NCBI RefSeq assembly: GCF_018977255.1
Contig: NW_024704742.1
Location: forward strand, 72,108,001 to 72,172,000
DNA from: Callorhinchus milii
Taxonomy: Eukaryota
Direction: 5' to 3'
DNA length: 64,000 nt
Part shown: piece by piece, positions 50,752-63,264 of the stretch
How positions within the stretch are numbered: position 1 is the first letter of the stretch
How the letters are laid out: the number at the start of each line of letters is the position of its first letter
Translations under genes and position numbers: made by a program
Notes under the pieces: generated by a model
Seen by the model: the letters and a program-made list of their open reading frames with translations, nothing else
What the model was told of the DNA's origin: nothing
Database searches by the model: none

Positions 50752-52040
50752 ACACCCAACTCTACCTTTCCTCCTCTACCCTCAACTCCATGACCACCGA
50801 TGTTCTGACAGCCTGCCTGTCTGACATTGAGTCCTGGACGAGAGACAACTTTCTTCAGCGCAACGTGCGTAAAACTGAGGCCCTCCTGATTGGCTCGCGT
50901 CAGCGCCTCCGCACCTCAGGCGCTGACAGCATCAGCATCCAAGGCTGCATTCTCCACCTCTCAAAGCCATCAGGAACCTCGGGGTTCTGTTCGACCCTGA
51001 GCTGTCCTTTCTCCCTCATATCCGCACCACAACTGGCACCGCCTTCCATCACCTCCGGACCATCGCCAGACTACGGAACTACCTCACCCCTCACGCTGCT
51101 GAAACCCTGGTCCACGCCTTTATCACCTTAAGACTGGACTATGGGAACTCTCTCCTCGATGGCCTTCCCGGCACCTCCCTCCACACTGCAGGTCATTCAG
51201 AACTCTGCAGCTCGTGTACTGTCCCGCACCAGGCTTCGCGACCACATCACTCCCACCCTCGCTCGCCTCCACTGGCTCCCCATCCCCCAGAGGATCGAAT
51301 TCAAGATCCTCACCCTCACCTACAAGGCCATTCATGGCCTCGCTCCCTCCTACCTCTCCGACCTACTATCCCCTACGTACCTGCCCGTACCCTCCGTTCC
51401 TCTGGCTCCGGTCTACTCCACATCCCCCGCCCCAACCGCCCTACCATCGGTGGCCGGGCCTTCAGCCTCTCAGCCCCGAGGCTCTGGAGCTCTATTCCCC
51501 AGTGCCTTCGCCTCCTCCCTTTCCTCCTTCAAGGTCGGTCTCAAGACCTTTCTCTTTGACCTTCAGCTCCCCTCTCGACTCTCTACCCCCTCCTCGCTCC
51601 CTCCCTTCCCTCCCCCTGACCATTTCCCCCCAATGCTCGGGTCCCTACCCAACTGTACAGCGCCTTGGGACGTTCTCGTCTCTATAAATAGAATCTTGCT
51701 GTTGTAGAGTTTAAAATCCTCGTCCTCGCCTTAAAAGCTCTCCATGGCCTTGCTCATTCCTACCTCTGTAACCTGCTAACCCCATATCAACCTGTCTGCT
51801 CCCTTCGCTCAGGAGGCACTGGTCTACACAAGGTCCCCCGCGCCCCTGCTCCACCATCAGCAGTCGGGCCTTCAGCCTCTCCGCCCCCACCCTCTGGTAC
51901 TCATCCCGGAGTCCATCTGGCTTACCTCCTTCAAGGCTTGTCTCAAGACCTTCCTTTTCAACCATGCCTTTGGTCACCTCCCCCCTCCCCCGGTCCCAAC
52001 CCCCAGCTCAGGTGCAAACCCCTCATTGTACAGCACCTCA
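50752..52040 (+). mobile_element. L2 3' fragments (two tandem 3' ends)
   Basis: TQLYLS...KTEALLIG...LHWLPIPQRIEFKIL. Confidence 0.9.
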
Positions 52041-52119
52041 GGTGCAAAACATAGTGGCTAGAATCCCCCCGGTTCGATTCCCAGGCAAGCCAAAATTCCC
52101 GACATTCTCGCCCTCACTG

Positions 52120-55100
52120 AAATCTGAATCACTCCAGGCGACACCTTCCCCCTGATAGAGGCCACACAACCCAGCTACTCCTACATCACACGCCACGACC
52201 TAACCACTGTGTTGTGGTGTGGCTCTCATCTCCCGGTCCCCACTCGGCCTATCCCCTTACTCCTCTGAAACCTTCCCCTCCTTAGAGCACCTTATCCTTT
52301 ACCACCCTGCCAACCTTTCCTTGAAAATTCTCCTTATAAATCGCACCCCCCAAGCCCTCCCCCACCTTCATCCCCGACATCTCCACCCTCCTATCTTCCC
52401 TCTCCCTCTGCTCTGAACACCTCCTCATCCTAGGAGACTTCAACCTTCACTTCACCCCTCCTGCTCTATCTCTGCTGACTTCTCCTCCCTTATCTCCTCC
52501 CTCAACCTCTCCTTCCATATCCACTCTGCCACCCACGTCCGTGGTCAGCCCCTCGCCGTCTCGGACCTCACCATCATCGACAAAGCGATCTCGGACCATC
52601 ACTTCATCTCCCTTAACTCCTCAAAACCCCCCACTCTCGGCTGCCTTGGAGTCATCTGAACTCCTTCCCCCCTGGGCTTCCTCCCGCAATGACCTATCCT
52701 CCTTGATCACTCTTCTCCACAGCTCCCTCTCCTCCACACTTGATTCCCTTGCTTCCCTCTCTTCCCAAACTGTCTCCTATTCACATAAGTCACCATGGTA
52801 CACCAGCCACTTCTGCTCCTTTAAAGTACAGGTGCGTGCCGCTGAACGCACCTGCTTAAATCAAATTTAATGGGCCATCAGCAGATCTGGCTGGACCTTA
52901 TCAAATCTTACAGCTCCGCCCTCACCTCCGCTAAATCGTCGTTCTACTCCAAGACAATCTTGGAGGCCAAGGACAACCCTAGGCTCCTCTTCTCCATCAC
53001 CAACCGGCTTCTCTGCCCACCCTCTCATGCCTCGCCATCCTCACCTCAAATGCCAACTGTGAGCAGATGCTAGGTTCCTTGAATCCAAAGTTGAAGGGAT
53101 TTGCTCAGCTGCCTCTGCTATTCCGTCTGCTACCCCCTTCCCATCTCCTCCTCCCACCCCGTCCCCTACCCATCCCTCCCTCCACACCTTCAAACCTGTC
53201 TCCCACTCCTCTTTCACCACCACTATAACCTGCCTGAAACCGACCAACTGCTCCCTTCGCCCCATCCCTACCCCTCTTCTTACCTCCCAGCTCCACTTCC
53301 TTATTCCTCTACTCAGACATCATAAACCTGTCGACTGGAACTGTTCCCATCCATTAATAACTGCCGTTATCACTCCTTAAAAAACCCTCCCTGGACCCAT
53401 CTCTATTCTCAAACTACCGCCCCATCTCCAACCTCCCTTTCCTCTCCAAAGTCGTGGTTGCTTCCCAGCTTTGCTCCTTCCTCTCCTGCCACTCCCTTCA
53501 CTAACCCCTTCAATCGGGTTTCTGTGCCACCCACAGCACAGAAACAGCTCTGGTCAAAGTGACAAATGACATTCTGTCCATCTTCCACCAGGGCTCCCTC
53601 TACCTCCTCGTCCTCCTTGACCTCTCTGCTGCCTTCAACACTGTCGACCACTCTTATCTTTATCCACCTGCACTCCTCTCACCTCAACCTTCACGGCTCT
53701 GTCCTTGACTGGTTCAGATCATACCTCTCACACCACCTCCACTTCATCTCCACAAACGGTTTCTCCTCTAGCCCCTGTACCGTCTTGTGCGGCGTTCCTC
53801 AGGGCTCTGTCCTTGGTCCCCTCCTCTTCAATATCTATATGCTCCCTCTTGGTGACATTACCCACAGACTTGGGGTCAAATTCCACATGTATGCGGATGA
53901 CACCCAACTGTACATCTCTGCCTCCACCCTTGACTCCAGGACCACTGATGTCCTGAGAGAATGTCTGTTAGACATCAACAACAACAAAATTACATTTATA
54001 GAGCTCCTTTCACGTCGGAAGGACGTCCCAGGGCGCTAGACAGTCAGGGGTCAGGATCCAAGCATGGAGGAGGCGTGGGGTAGGGATGAGGGAAGGCAGA
54101 AAGGTGGGAGGGCGACTGAAGGAACAATCGAAGAGGAAGGTCTTGATATCGGCCTTGAAGGAGGCAAGGGAGGATGCGATGTGAAGGGACTGTGGGATGG
54201 AGTTCCAGAGTGTGGAGGCAGAGAGGCTGAAAGCCCGGCCACCGATGGTAGGACGGATCAGGTGGGAGATATAGAGCAGGCCGGAGCCCGCTGAATGGAA
54301 GGAGCGGACAGGTTGGTAGGGAGTTAGCAGGTTAGAGAGGTAGGAGGGGGCTTTGAAAGTGAGGATGAGGATCTTGTATTCGATCCTCTGAGGATCCTGG
54401 ATGAGAGCTAATATTCTTCAGTTGAAAGACAAGACCGAGGCTCTTCTGATTGGCTCCCATCAGTGCCTCCACACCTCAGGTACTGACAGCATCACCATCC
54501 ATGGATGCACACTCCACCTCACTAGGCCAGTCCAGAACCCTGATGCCTTTTTTGACCCAAGACTATCCCTTCTACCTCTCATCTGTGCCATGACCCGCTC
54601 TGCCTTCCCCCACCTCCGCAACATTGCCTGGCTTCGCCACTGTCTCACACCACAGCCGCCAAAACCCTCTTACACGCTTTCATTAAATCGAGGCTTGACT
54701 ATGCAAACTCCTTGCTTATCGGCCTCACCACCTCCTCCCTCCATAGGCTGCAGATCATCCAGAACTCTGCAGCCTGTGTCCTCTCCTGCACCAGACTCCC
54801 TGACCCTATCAACCCCATCCTCACCCTACTCAACTGGCTTCCCATCACACAGAGAAGACAGTTCAAGATCCTGGTCCTCACCTTCAAAGCCCTCGTTGTT
54901 CCCACCTATCTCTGCGACCTCCTAACCCCCTACCATCCTGCTCACTCCCTCCGCTCAGCGGGCTCCGGCCTGCTTCATGTCCCCTACCTCACTTGCCCCA
55001 CTTTTGGCGGGCGGGCCTTCTGCCATTCTACTCCCACCCTCTGGAACTCCATCCCAAAGTACCTCCATCTCGCCCCCTCCCTTGCCTCCTTCAACATCTC

Positions 55101-55238
55101 AAGACCCTCCTCTTCGACCGTGCCTTCAATCAACCTGCTTCCCTCCCTGCCCTCCACCCTCTCCAATCCTGACCCCCAGCTTGGATCCGAAACTCTGTCA
55201 GTCCAGCTCCTTGGACATGAAATGCAATTTTGTTGTTG
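52120..55238 (+). mobile_element. Long degenerate L2 ORF2 (endonuclease to RT to 3' end), interrupted by an inverted L2 3' end at about 53979-54394
   Basis: ILGDFN, GVPQGSVLGPLLFNIYM and YADDTQLY motifs; the host sequence gacatcaa / tcctggatgagagct resumes after the insert. Confidence 0.9.
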
Positions 55239-55543
55239 AAACCTTAGGCAACATGAAACCTTATTCCACATGCCTCTGTTTACCAAGCAGTAAGTAGGAA
55301 CCTAGCTTTTAGTCGATTGGCAAAATGGTTCCGGGGGTAATAATCCCTTTAAAAAAAACCGAAAATTTGGTCACTTAATCCATGACTGTTTGTGGGACAC
55401 TGCTGTGTGCAATTGGCTGCTGCGTTTCGCCCACAAAATACAAAATCAATCCACTTTACAGTATATTCTGTGAAGCATTTTGAGATGTCTAGAATACATG
55501 ATAAGGTGCTAAATAAAATGCAAGGATTATTCTTATTATTATT
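55238..55543 (+). mobile_element. tRNA-SINE, headless copy
   Basis: Body and tail match the family. Confidence 0.85.
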
Positions 55544-55636
55544 GGGACGTTCTCCTGACTTGAAAGGCGCTGTGTAAATATAAATTATTGTTGTTGCCCA
55601 ACCCAGTGCTGACTGCTGTCTTTTGCTGCCCGATAG

Positions 55637-55942
55637 GTGACAGCCTTTAACACTGACCAGAATGCCCGCCTTGACGGCTGGCCAAAGCGCATCGTGGACG
55701 TATTCCCCCCGGTGGTCCCAGGAGACCACCCACTGGGGAACCTGGACTCCGTCTACTTCTCCTACAGCCTTAGTGCTGTCTTCATGTTCAAGGATGCAGA
55801 GTTCTGGCGGGTGGTGGGCGAGCGGGACCGGGAAAGGAACTCCTCATTGCCCCTTAACAGCCTCCTCCCCGCCCGCTCCATCCACCAGCAGTGGTTCGAC
55901 ATCTGTGACGGTGATGCACCCCTCGTCTTCGGCTCCGAGTAG
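55637..55942 (+). CDS. MMP21-like exon 7 (last)
   Basis: VTAFNTDQNARLDGWPKRIVDVFP...QWFDICDG...SE*; the 7 exons sum to 2067 nt in frame. Confidence 0.94.
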   Translation: MTAFNTDQNARLDGWPKRIVDVFPPVVPGDHPLGNLDSVYFSYSLSAVFMFKDAEFWRVVGERDRERNSSLPLNSLLPARSIHQQWFDICDGDAPLVFGSE

Positions 55943-56449
55943 AGGGCGAGTGGTGTCTCCCCCTCACCCCATCTCTGCCCCTCACCCTGTATCCCCCCCC
56001 CTCATCTCCCTCTCACCCCATCTACCCCCCTCACCCTGTATCCCCCCATCTCCCCCCTCACCCTGCATCCTCCCCTTCACCGCACCTCTCCCCCCTTCCC
56101 CCATCTCTTCTCTCTCCTGACCTTTCTTTCCCCCTTCCCCCAATCATTCTCTTCTCATTCTATTCTCTCGGCTCCCTCTCCTTCTGTGTGACCTGCTCAC
56201 CGTTGGTGTTGCTGTTATTGTTAACAAGTGGCCTGTTTGGCTTGCACTGTAGTGTTCCCCCACCCCGTCTATACTGGGCCTGTGACTGTTCTGTGTATCT
56301 GACCTTCTGCCTGTATCGGCATAGTGTGATTGTATCTCTCACTGTATATGTAAGTTACTAGTGCCTGTGAATGTATTGTGCCTGTACCTCTGCCTGCAGG
56401 GCACAATGTACTTGGTGTAAATGGAAATGCACAATGTACTTAGTGTAAA

Positions 56450-56706
56450 TGTATGTCCTCCACCTTGCTCACCCCACTGTTGGCGGGTGGGCCTTCTGCC
56501 ACTCTGCCCACACCCTCTGGAACTCCATCCTGCAGTCCCTCCGCCTCGCCCCCTCCCGTGCTTTTGATCACCTTGCTTCCTCCCCTGCCTTCCACCATCC
56601 CCGATCCCAACCCCCAGCTCGGGTCTAAAACTCTATCTGTCCAGCGCGTTGGGACATCCTCCTGACATGAAAGGCGCTCTACAAATGTAATTTAGTTATT
56701 GTTATT
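56450..56706 (+). mobile_element. L2 3' end in the MMP21-like 3' region
   Basis: Matches the L2 terminus at 17110-17360. Confidence 0.85.
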
Positions 56707-56737
56707 GTCAAGCTGTATTGTATGACCGAAGATCAGG

Positions 56738-56743
56738 AATAAA
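56738..56743 (+). promoter_or_regulatory. Putative MMP21-like poly(A) signal
   Basis: First AATAAA noticed after the stop; an alternative lies at 57615-57620. Confidence 0.4.
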
Positions 56744-58022
56744 GTGATGTCACTCTCACACTCAGCCATGGCGATCAGCTGCTTGCAACATCACCACCGT
56801 CAGAGGCGACCCCACACAACACCTCCTGTGGACCCGCCTGGCTCAGAAACCGGACTGGAGACCGTGACAGACAGAGGGCTCAATTCTGACACTCGGTTGC
56901 CAGCATCGTCACCTTGGAGCCAGTGTCAATTCCAAAGAGACCCCACCTACCTCCTGCCGAGGAGGATAGTTGTTTTTTTGACATCTGACAGGTAGTGTCC
57001 CCCTGTCATCGTTGCCCGCCTCCCTGGAGGAGTTTAACCCTCCCTTGTGGAGCTCAGATGTGTGAGGTGATGTGGTGGGGCTGGAGGGAACCACACAACT
57101 CGGAGGTTTCAGTAACTTTATTCCTTGTGGATTTCTCGCCTGTTGAGTGGAGCCGGGTTACACACAAACCCAGCAAAAAGCGATAACATGACGGTGACAG
57201 CCGCCCCCATGGGAGGAAGGGGCACCGAAGTGAAAGGACAGGCTTCCAAGGAGGGGGGGGGGTTTCAAGAGGAGAGGGTGGGGTTCCGAGTGGGAGGGTT
57301 TCCATGGGGAGTGGGTGGGGCTCCTGCAGGGAGGGGTTCCGAGGAGAGCGGGTGGGGTTTCCGAGGTGTGGGGTTTCCGAGGGGTGGGGTTGCGGAGGCT
57401 CCGAGGCGGGGGGTGCGGGTTCCGAGATGGGCGGGCGGGGATTCCGAGGGGGGGGGACGTAGCGCATTCACATTAACTGTTTCTTTTTGCTGTCGCTCTT
57501 CTTCACTCCACCTTTCTCTCTCTCTGCCTTGCTCTCTCAGAGTAAGGATGGGCAGATGGATGGCAAGTACAGTTTAATGTGAGCTCAGACAGCAACAAAC
57601 TCCCAGGTTTACACAATAAACAGACTTTACACCTGAACACCTTCCCTGCTCAGCCCCTCCCGCCCTGCTCACAGCCTCGCTGACTCAGTGTTATGCCCTC
57701 CCCCCCTATAATGAGGGAGAGGTTGTGCTGGGGGTCAGTTGATCTGGCGCTACTGGCTGATAGCGCTGCAATCCTCGTGACTTGATCCACAACATCTCGT
57801 CGTCAGAGAGAGAGAGGGAAACTGTGTTTGTGACAGAAAGAATCAATGTGCGAGTGCGTGTTTGGTGAGAGAGAAACTGTCTTTGTGATTGATGGCAGTT
57901 TGGGGGGCCGGGGAAGGGCTGGCGGGGGGGGGGGGGGGCTGGCGGGGAGAGGGGGGTTGTGCTAGGCGCTGGCTGGGTGTGATGACAGCTGATGTGATGG
58001 TGGCTCACCCTCGGCGAGTGGT

Positions 58023-58083
58023 TTAACTGTACGACGGGAGGGACGAGAAGCTCAGGCGGAATTCTTCACCTTCCAGAAGTTTC
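58023..58083 (-). CDS. Neurofilament-like gene, last coding exon
   Basis: tcctcag acceptor; (R)KLLEGEEFRLSFSSLPSYS*; intermediate filament rod-end consensus. Confidence 0.9.
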
Positions 58084-58356
58084 CTGAGGAGACGGGGAGA
58101 GAGAAAAAAAACAGTACCGAGTCATGCGGGTCCTGAATTCCACCTGTTCTCAGCCTGCAGGACCTCCTCCAACTCAAAATGAAGGAATTGTGGAAAATTC
58201 TTCCCTCCAGGTGGGGGGATGGAGTGAGAAGTGAGGAGAGAGACACCCACACAGACTGGGCTCTGTGCTAAGTGTATGTGTCTCACTGGGATGGCAAAGC
58301 CCGCCTGGTCCCCGAACCCTCTCCACAGCACCCTCTACTACTACTACTACTATTGT

Positions 58357-58484
58357 GGAGTCCTGTAGCTCAGTGGTTAGAGCACTCGCTTTGCAAGTGA
58401 GAGACCTGAGTTCAATTCTGTGAAGCGCTTTGGGACGTCCTCCCGACGTGAAAAGCGCTATATCAAATGCAAGGATTATTATTA
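58357..58484 (+). mobile_element. Minimal tRNA-SINE with the head fused directly to the tail
   Basis: ggagtcctgtagctcagtgg...gagttcaattc joined to tgtgaagcgctttggg...attattatta. Confidence 0.9.
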
Positions 58485-58499
58485 CTGGTTTGTGTGTGA

Positions 58500-60916
58500 G
58501 GGTCAGACTGAGAAACAATGGCGGAGATGGAAAGGGAGGGGAAAGAACCAATTGTCATCCACGCGGGAACCAATTACATAGGAAAGAGCAAGAAGGATGT
58601 TGTGCCAAGAGAGTATCAAGAGCTAGGGGTTAAATTAAAAGACAGAAAAAAACAATCTCCAGATGGCTACCTCAGCCACGTGCAAATTGTCATAAAGATA
58701 AATGGATCAGATAAAGAGATAAATGTGGGCTGAAAGAGTGGTGCGAGAATGAGGGGTTCCATTTTATGGGACACTGGCACCAGTAATGGGACAGGAATGA
58801 GCTGTACTGCTGGAATGGGCTGCAGCTGAACAGGGGTGGGATCAAGGTACTAGTGAAAAGGATAAATAAGACTGTAGAAAAAGCTTTAAACGAGTAGGGA
58901 TGGGTGGAAGGGGAGGGACGGGTAGAAAACAAAACATAAGGCAAGGAGAAGATGAGCAATGGTCAGAATATAAATAGTGATAAAAATAACAAATACTACA
59001 GGAAAGAAAAAGGTAATAGGAAGTTATCACAAAAGGTGTAAAAAGTCAAAAAGTGTGAGAAGAACATCATCAAGGCGTTTTGGCATGTTGGGGACAGTTA
59101 CCCAAATAAGAGTTATGTATACAAATCCATGTAGCATAAGAAATAAAAAAAAGTGAGTTAGAAGCACAAATTCCACTTAAAGGATACGATGTAGTAGCCA
59201 TTACAGAGACCTGGTTACAAGCTGGGCAGGACTGGGAGCTAAATATTCCAGGCTATAAGATCTTTAGAAAAGACAGGGACATTGGGAAAGGAGGAGGAGT
59301 AGCAATATTGATAAAAGACACTATTACAGCAGTGGAAAGGAAAGATTTTCCTTTCTTTCAGTAAGGCCGATCAGGTAGCGGAAACACTATGGGTAGAATT
59401 AAGGAACAGCAAAGGAGGTAAGACTCTGCTGGGAGTAGTCTACAGACCTCCAGAGAGTTGTGATGTAGAGTGTGAATGTCACCCCTTTATTTAATAAGGG
59501 AGGGAGGGAGAAACCAGGAAACCACAGACCTGTCAGCTTAACGTCATTTGTAGGGAAAATACTGGAATCCATCATCAGGGATAGAATGACTGAACACTTG
59601 GACAGTATGAGACAGTCAAAGAGAGTCAGCATGGGTTTGTGAAGGGTAGGTCGTTTCTGACTAATCTAGTTGAATTTTTTGAGGTCACTAAAATGGTGGA
59701 TAAGAGAGTGTCTAAGGATTTGTTTATATGGACTTTCAGAAGGCATTTGATAAGGTTCCACACTAAAGATTATTAGTGAAAATGGAAGCACATGGAGTCA
59801 GAGGTAACCTTGTGACGAGGCTTGGTAATTGGTTAGGAAACAGGAAACAGAGAGTAGGGATAAAAGGAACGTTCTCTGATTGGCGGGACGTGACAAGCGT
59901 TGTCCCCCAGGGGTCTGTACTGGGACCCCAGCTATTCGCCATACATATATATAAATATAATGACTTGGATAAAAGAATAGAAAATTTTATATCCAAGTTT
60001 GCAGATGACACTAAGCTAGGAGGCTTAGTAAGTTGTGTAGATGGGAGTAGGAAGTTACAAAGGGTCTTAGACAGATTAAGTGAGTGGGCAAAGCTGTAGT
60101 TGATGGAGTTCAATGTAGAGGATGGAGTTCTAGTGTGAGGTCATACACTATGGACCGAAAAAAGATAAAGCAGAATACTTTTTNAATGGGGAGAAATTAA
60201 GAACTGTGGAAGAGCAGAGATTTAGGTGCCCATATCCACAAATCACTAAAAACTAGTTCCCAGGTGCAAAAAGTAATCAAAATTGGCCTTTATTTCAAGC
60301 GGCCTGGAATACAAAGGGGAAGAAATGATGCTTCAGCTGTATAGAGCGTTTGTCAGACCCCATCCGGAGACTGTGTTCAGTTTTGGGCACCACGCCTCAG
60401 GAAAGATAATAGCCCTGGAGGGAGTGCAGCGCAGGTTCACCAGAATGTTACCAGGCCTAAAAGGGTTAAGTTGTGAGGAAAGGCTGCGTAAACTTGGATT
60501 GTATTCCTTTGAGTTTAGAAGGTTGAGGGGTGATTTGATCGAGGTATTTAAGATGATAAAGGGATTTGATAGGGTAGATACAGATTTCCTCTACTGGGGA
60601 AATCCAAAACAAGGGGCATAATCTTAAAATTAGAACCAGGCCATTTAAGAGTGAAATCAGGAAGCATTTTTTCACTCAAAGGGTGACAGAAATCTGGAAT
60701 TCTCTCTCCCAAAAGGCCATGGATGCTGGATCCATCCACACCTTCAAGAGTGAGGTTGATAGATTTTTGGTAGGTCAGGGTGTTAAGGCATTTGGGGAGA
60801 AAGTGGGAAATTGGAATTGAAAGGATTAGTTAAGGTACAGATCAGCCATGATCTAATTAAATGGCGGAACAGGCTCAAAGGGATGAACAGGCGCCTCCTG
60901 TTCCATTTTCCTATGG
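58500..60916 (+). mobile_element. Degenerate CR1 LINE (ORF1 esterase-like, endonuclease, RT, 3'UTR), antisense within neurofilament-like intron 3
   Basis: IVIHAGTN, YDVVAITETWL, FQKAFDKVPH, PQGSVLGP and FADDTKL motifs; many stops and deletions. Confidence 0.92.
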
Positions 60917-60932
60917 TTACAATAATAATTCT

Positions 60933-61316
60933 ATAATAATTCTTGCGTTTGATATAGCGACTTATGTTGTTTGAGACGTCTCAAAGCGCTTCACGGAATA
61001 TACTATAAAGTGAATTTACTGTGTATTTTATGGGCAAAACACGACAGCCAATTTCACACAGCCTTGTCCCACAAACGGTCATGAATTGAATGACCATTTT
61101 GTGGGGGGGGGGTGATTATTACCCCTGGAAAATGATCCGCCAATCGACTAACAACTGGATTCCTATTTCCTAGTTAGGATTATTATTATTACAGCTAAGT
61201 AAACGGAGGTGTGTGGAGTAAGGAAGCTTGCCTAAGGGTTCGCTCTGCCCAGGTATCCAACCCAGGTCCTATTCGCTTGTGAGGCGAGCAAACTAAGCAC
61301 AATGCTGGAGGACTCC
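60933..61316 (-). mobile_element. tRNA-SINE
   Basis: Reverse complement of head, body and tail. Confidence 0.85.
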
Positions 61317-61584
61317 ACAATAGGGCAGTTTGGTGTGGCAGGAGGAGACAGAGAGCAAGAGAAATGCCCTCCTTTTTTCGAACAGCACTGCAGGATTTTT
61401 AACGTCCGCCTGAACTGGCATAGACGAGGCCTTGGTTTAATGTTTCATCTGAAGGATGGCATCTCTGACAATGTGGTGGTCTCTCTCCCCAGCAGTGCAC
61501 TGGAGCGTCAGCCTGAACTGTGAGCTCAGAGTACCCAACATGAAGCTTGGAGTTATGAGCTGTGGAGGTTGAGTGATGCCATAC

Positions 61585-61709
61585 CTGTAAGCTGCGATCT
61601 CGATGTCCAGCGCCATTTTGACGTTGAGAAGGTCCTGGTATTCCCGCAGGTAACGCGTCATCTCCTGTTTTGCATCATTGATATCCTTATCCAGCTCGCT
61701 GATCCTCTC
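61585..61709 (-). CDS. Neurofilament-like gene exon 3
   Basis: [41 protein letters not shown](R); a 125-bp exon with type IV intron positions. Confidence 0.95.
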
Positions 61710-62035
61710 CTGCTCACACACACACAGTCAGTCACTGAGAGGCCGAGAGTCAGTCTATCTGCCTCAGTCCCACTGTCTGACCCAGCCAATTACACTGCAT
61801 TACTTGTTCACACCGAAGTTGCCATTTCCCATTGCCACACTTGCCAGTGCCAACATGCACACTCACCGACACACACTCAGTCTGATGCATTAATATACAC
61901 TCTGACACACTATGAGCCGAATGATCTGCTTTCTGTGCTGTAAATCTCTCTGGTGAGATGGAGGGGGGGCAGAGATGGAGTGGGGGTGAGATTCAGAGAG
62001 TGGGTGGGGGGTGAGATGGAGGGAGGAGCTTGTAC

Positions 62036-62854
62036 CTGGTATTTGGACACCTCCTTGCCCTGCCTGTCCTCCAGGCTCTCCAGCTGTTTGTGTAAGGAGT
62101 CAATGACATTCTTGAGACCCTCGATCTCGGAGCCTCGGGACTGCAGGAGACGCCGGTACTCAGCCGTCTCTTCCTTGATGGATCTGACGGCCTGGTTGTT
62201 CTTGTTGGCCATCTCAGCCACGGTGGCCACCTTGGTTCGGTACCAATCCTCGGCCGCCTGCATGTTCTTATTGGCTAGCGTCTCGTACTGCGAACGGATC
62301 TCCTTCAGGGCCACGGCCAGGTCTGGTTTGGTCACCTCCACCTCCACAGTCAGGTGGGCAGCCTGGATCTGGGACAGCAGCTCGGCGTTCTCCTGGCCAT
62401 GGACCTTCTTGATGAAAGCGATCTCCTCCACCAGGGAGCTGACGGTCCCCTCCACCTCACTGTTGGCCAGGACCACTTTGCCCGCCTCCTCCCTCATCTT
62501 GTGCAGGTTATCCTCAGCCTCCAGCCGCAGACGCACCTCTTCCTCGTACTTGTCCTTCAGCTGGGAGTAGATCTGGCGCAGCCGCTCGCGCTCCCCCTCC
62601 ATCCGCGCCTTCTCGTTGCTCTCGGCATCCAGCAGAGCCCGCAGGTCGCGGATCTCCTGCTCGTAGATGAGATGGAGCCTTGGGGGGTCAGATTGCTTCT
62701 GTCTCAGGGCTTCCAGCTCCACCAGCAGCACCTTGTTCTGCTGCTCCAGGTAGTGAACCTTCTCGATGTAGGTGGCGAAGCGGTCGTTCAGGTCCACCAG
62801 CTGCTCTCGCTCCTGGGCTCTCAGCGTCAGCAGCTCCGCGTTCACATTACTCAC
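62036..62854 (-). CDS. Neurofilament-like gene exon 2 (most of the rod domain)
   Basis: ...EREQLVDLNDRFATYIEKVHYLEQQN...KPDLAVALKEIRSQYE...KYQ; 819 bp, phase 0-0. Confidence 0.95.
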
Positions 62855-62956
62855 CTGCAGGGGGCAACAAATCAAATACCTTGGTAGCCCAAAGTCAACC
62901 AAATACCAGCCCAAAACGTAGCCCAATATCATGCGTAGCCCAAGGTCAACCAAATC

Positions 62957-63155
62957 GGAGTTCTGCGGCGTAGTGGCCAGAACCCTCGCCTCGCAAGCGA
63001 GAGGACCCAGGTTAGATTCCCGGACACTGCTACGCGCAATTGTTTGCCACGTTTCGCCCACAAAACTTTACAGTAGATTCTGTGAAGTGCTTTGAGATAT
63101 CTCGAACACATGATAAGACGCTATATCAAATGCAAGGATTATTATTATTACTATT
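62957..63155 (+). mobile_element. Internally deleted tRNA-SINE in neurofilament-like intron 1
   Basis: Head joined to the ggacactgct...tail segment. Confidence 0.85.
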
Positions 63156-63264
63156 AAATACTAGCCCAGTAACATGCATTGCCGATTGGCCATTCTGCTT
63201 CGCACAGCCGGAAACGCATATTTTTGAGCTGGCATTTTAAAACTATGCAAGAAAGGTTTTTTTT

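Noticed and set aside
52120..60916. Intact autonomous LINEs
   Set aside because: Both the L2 and CR1 copies have multiple frameshifts, stops and deletions
61953..62973. Plus-strand ORFs of 205, 177 and 97 aa
   Set aside because: Antisense shadows of the neurofilament-like rod exon
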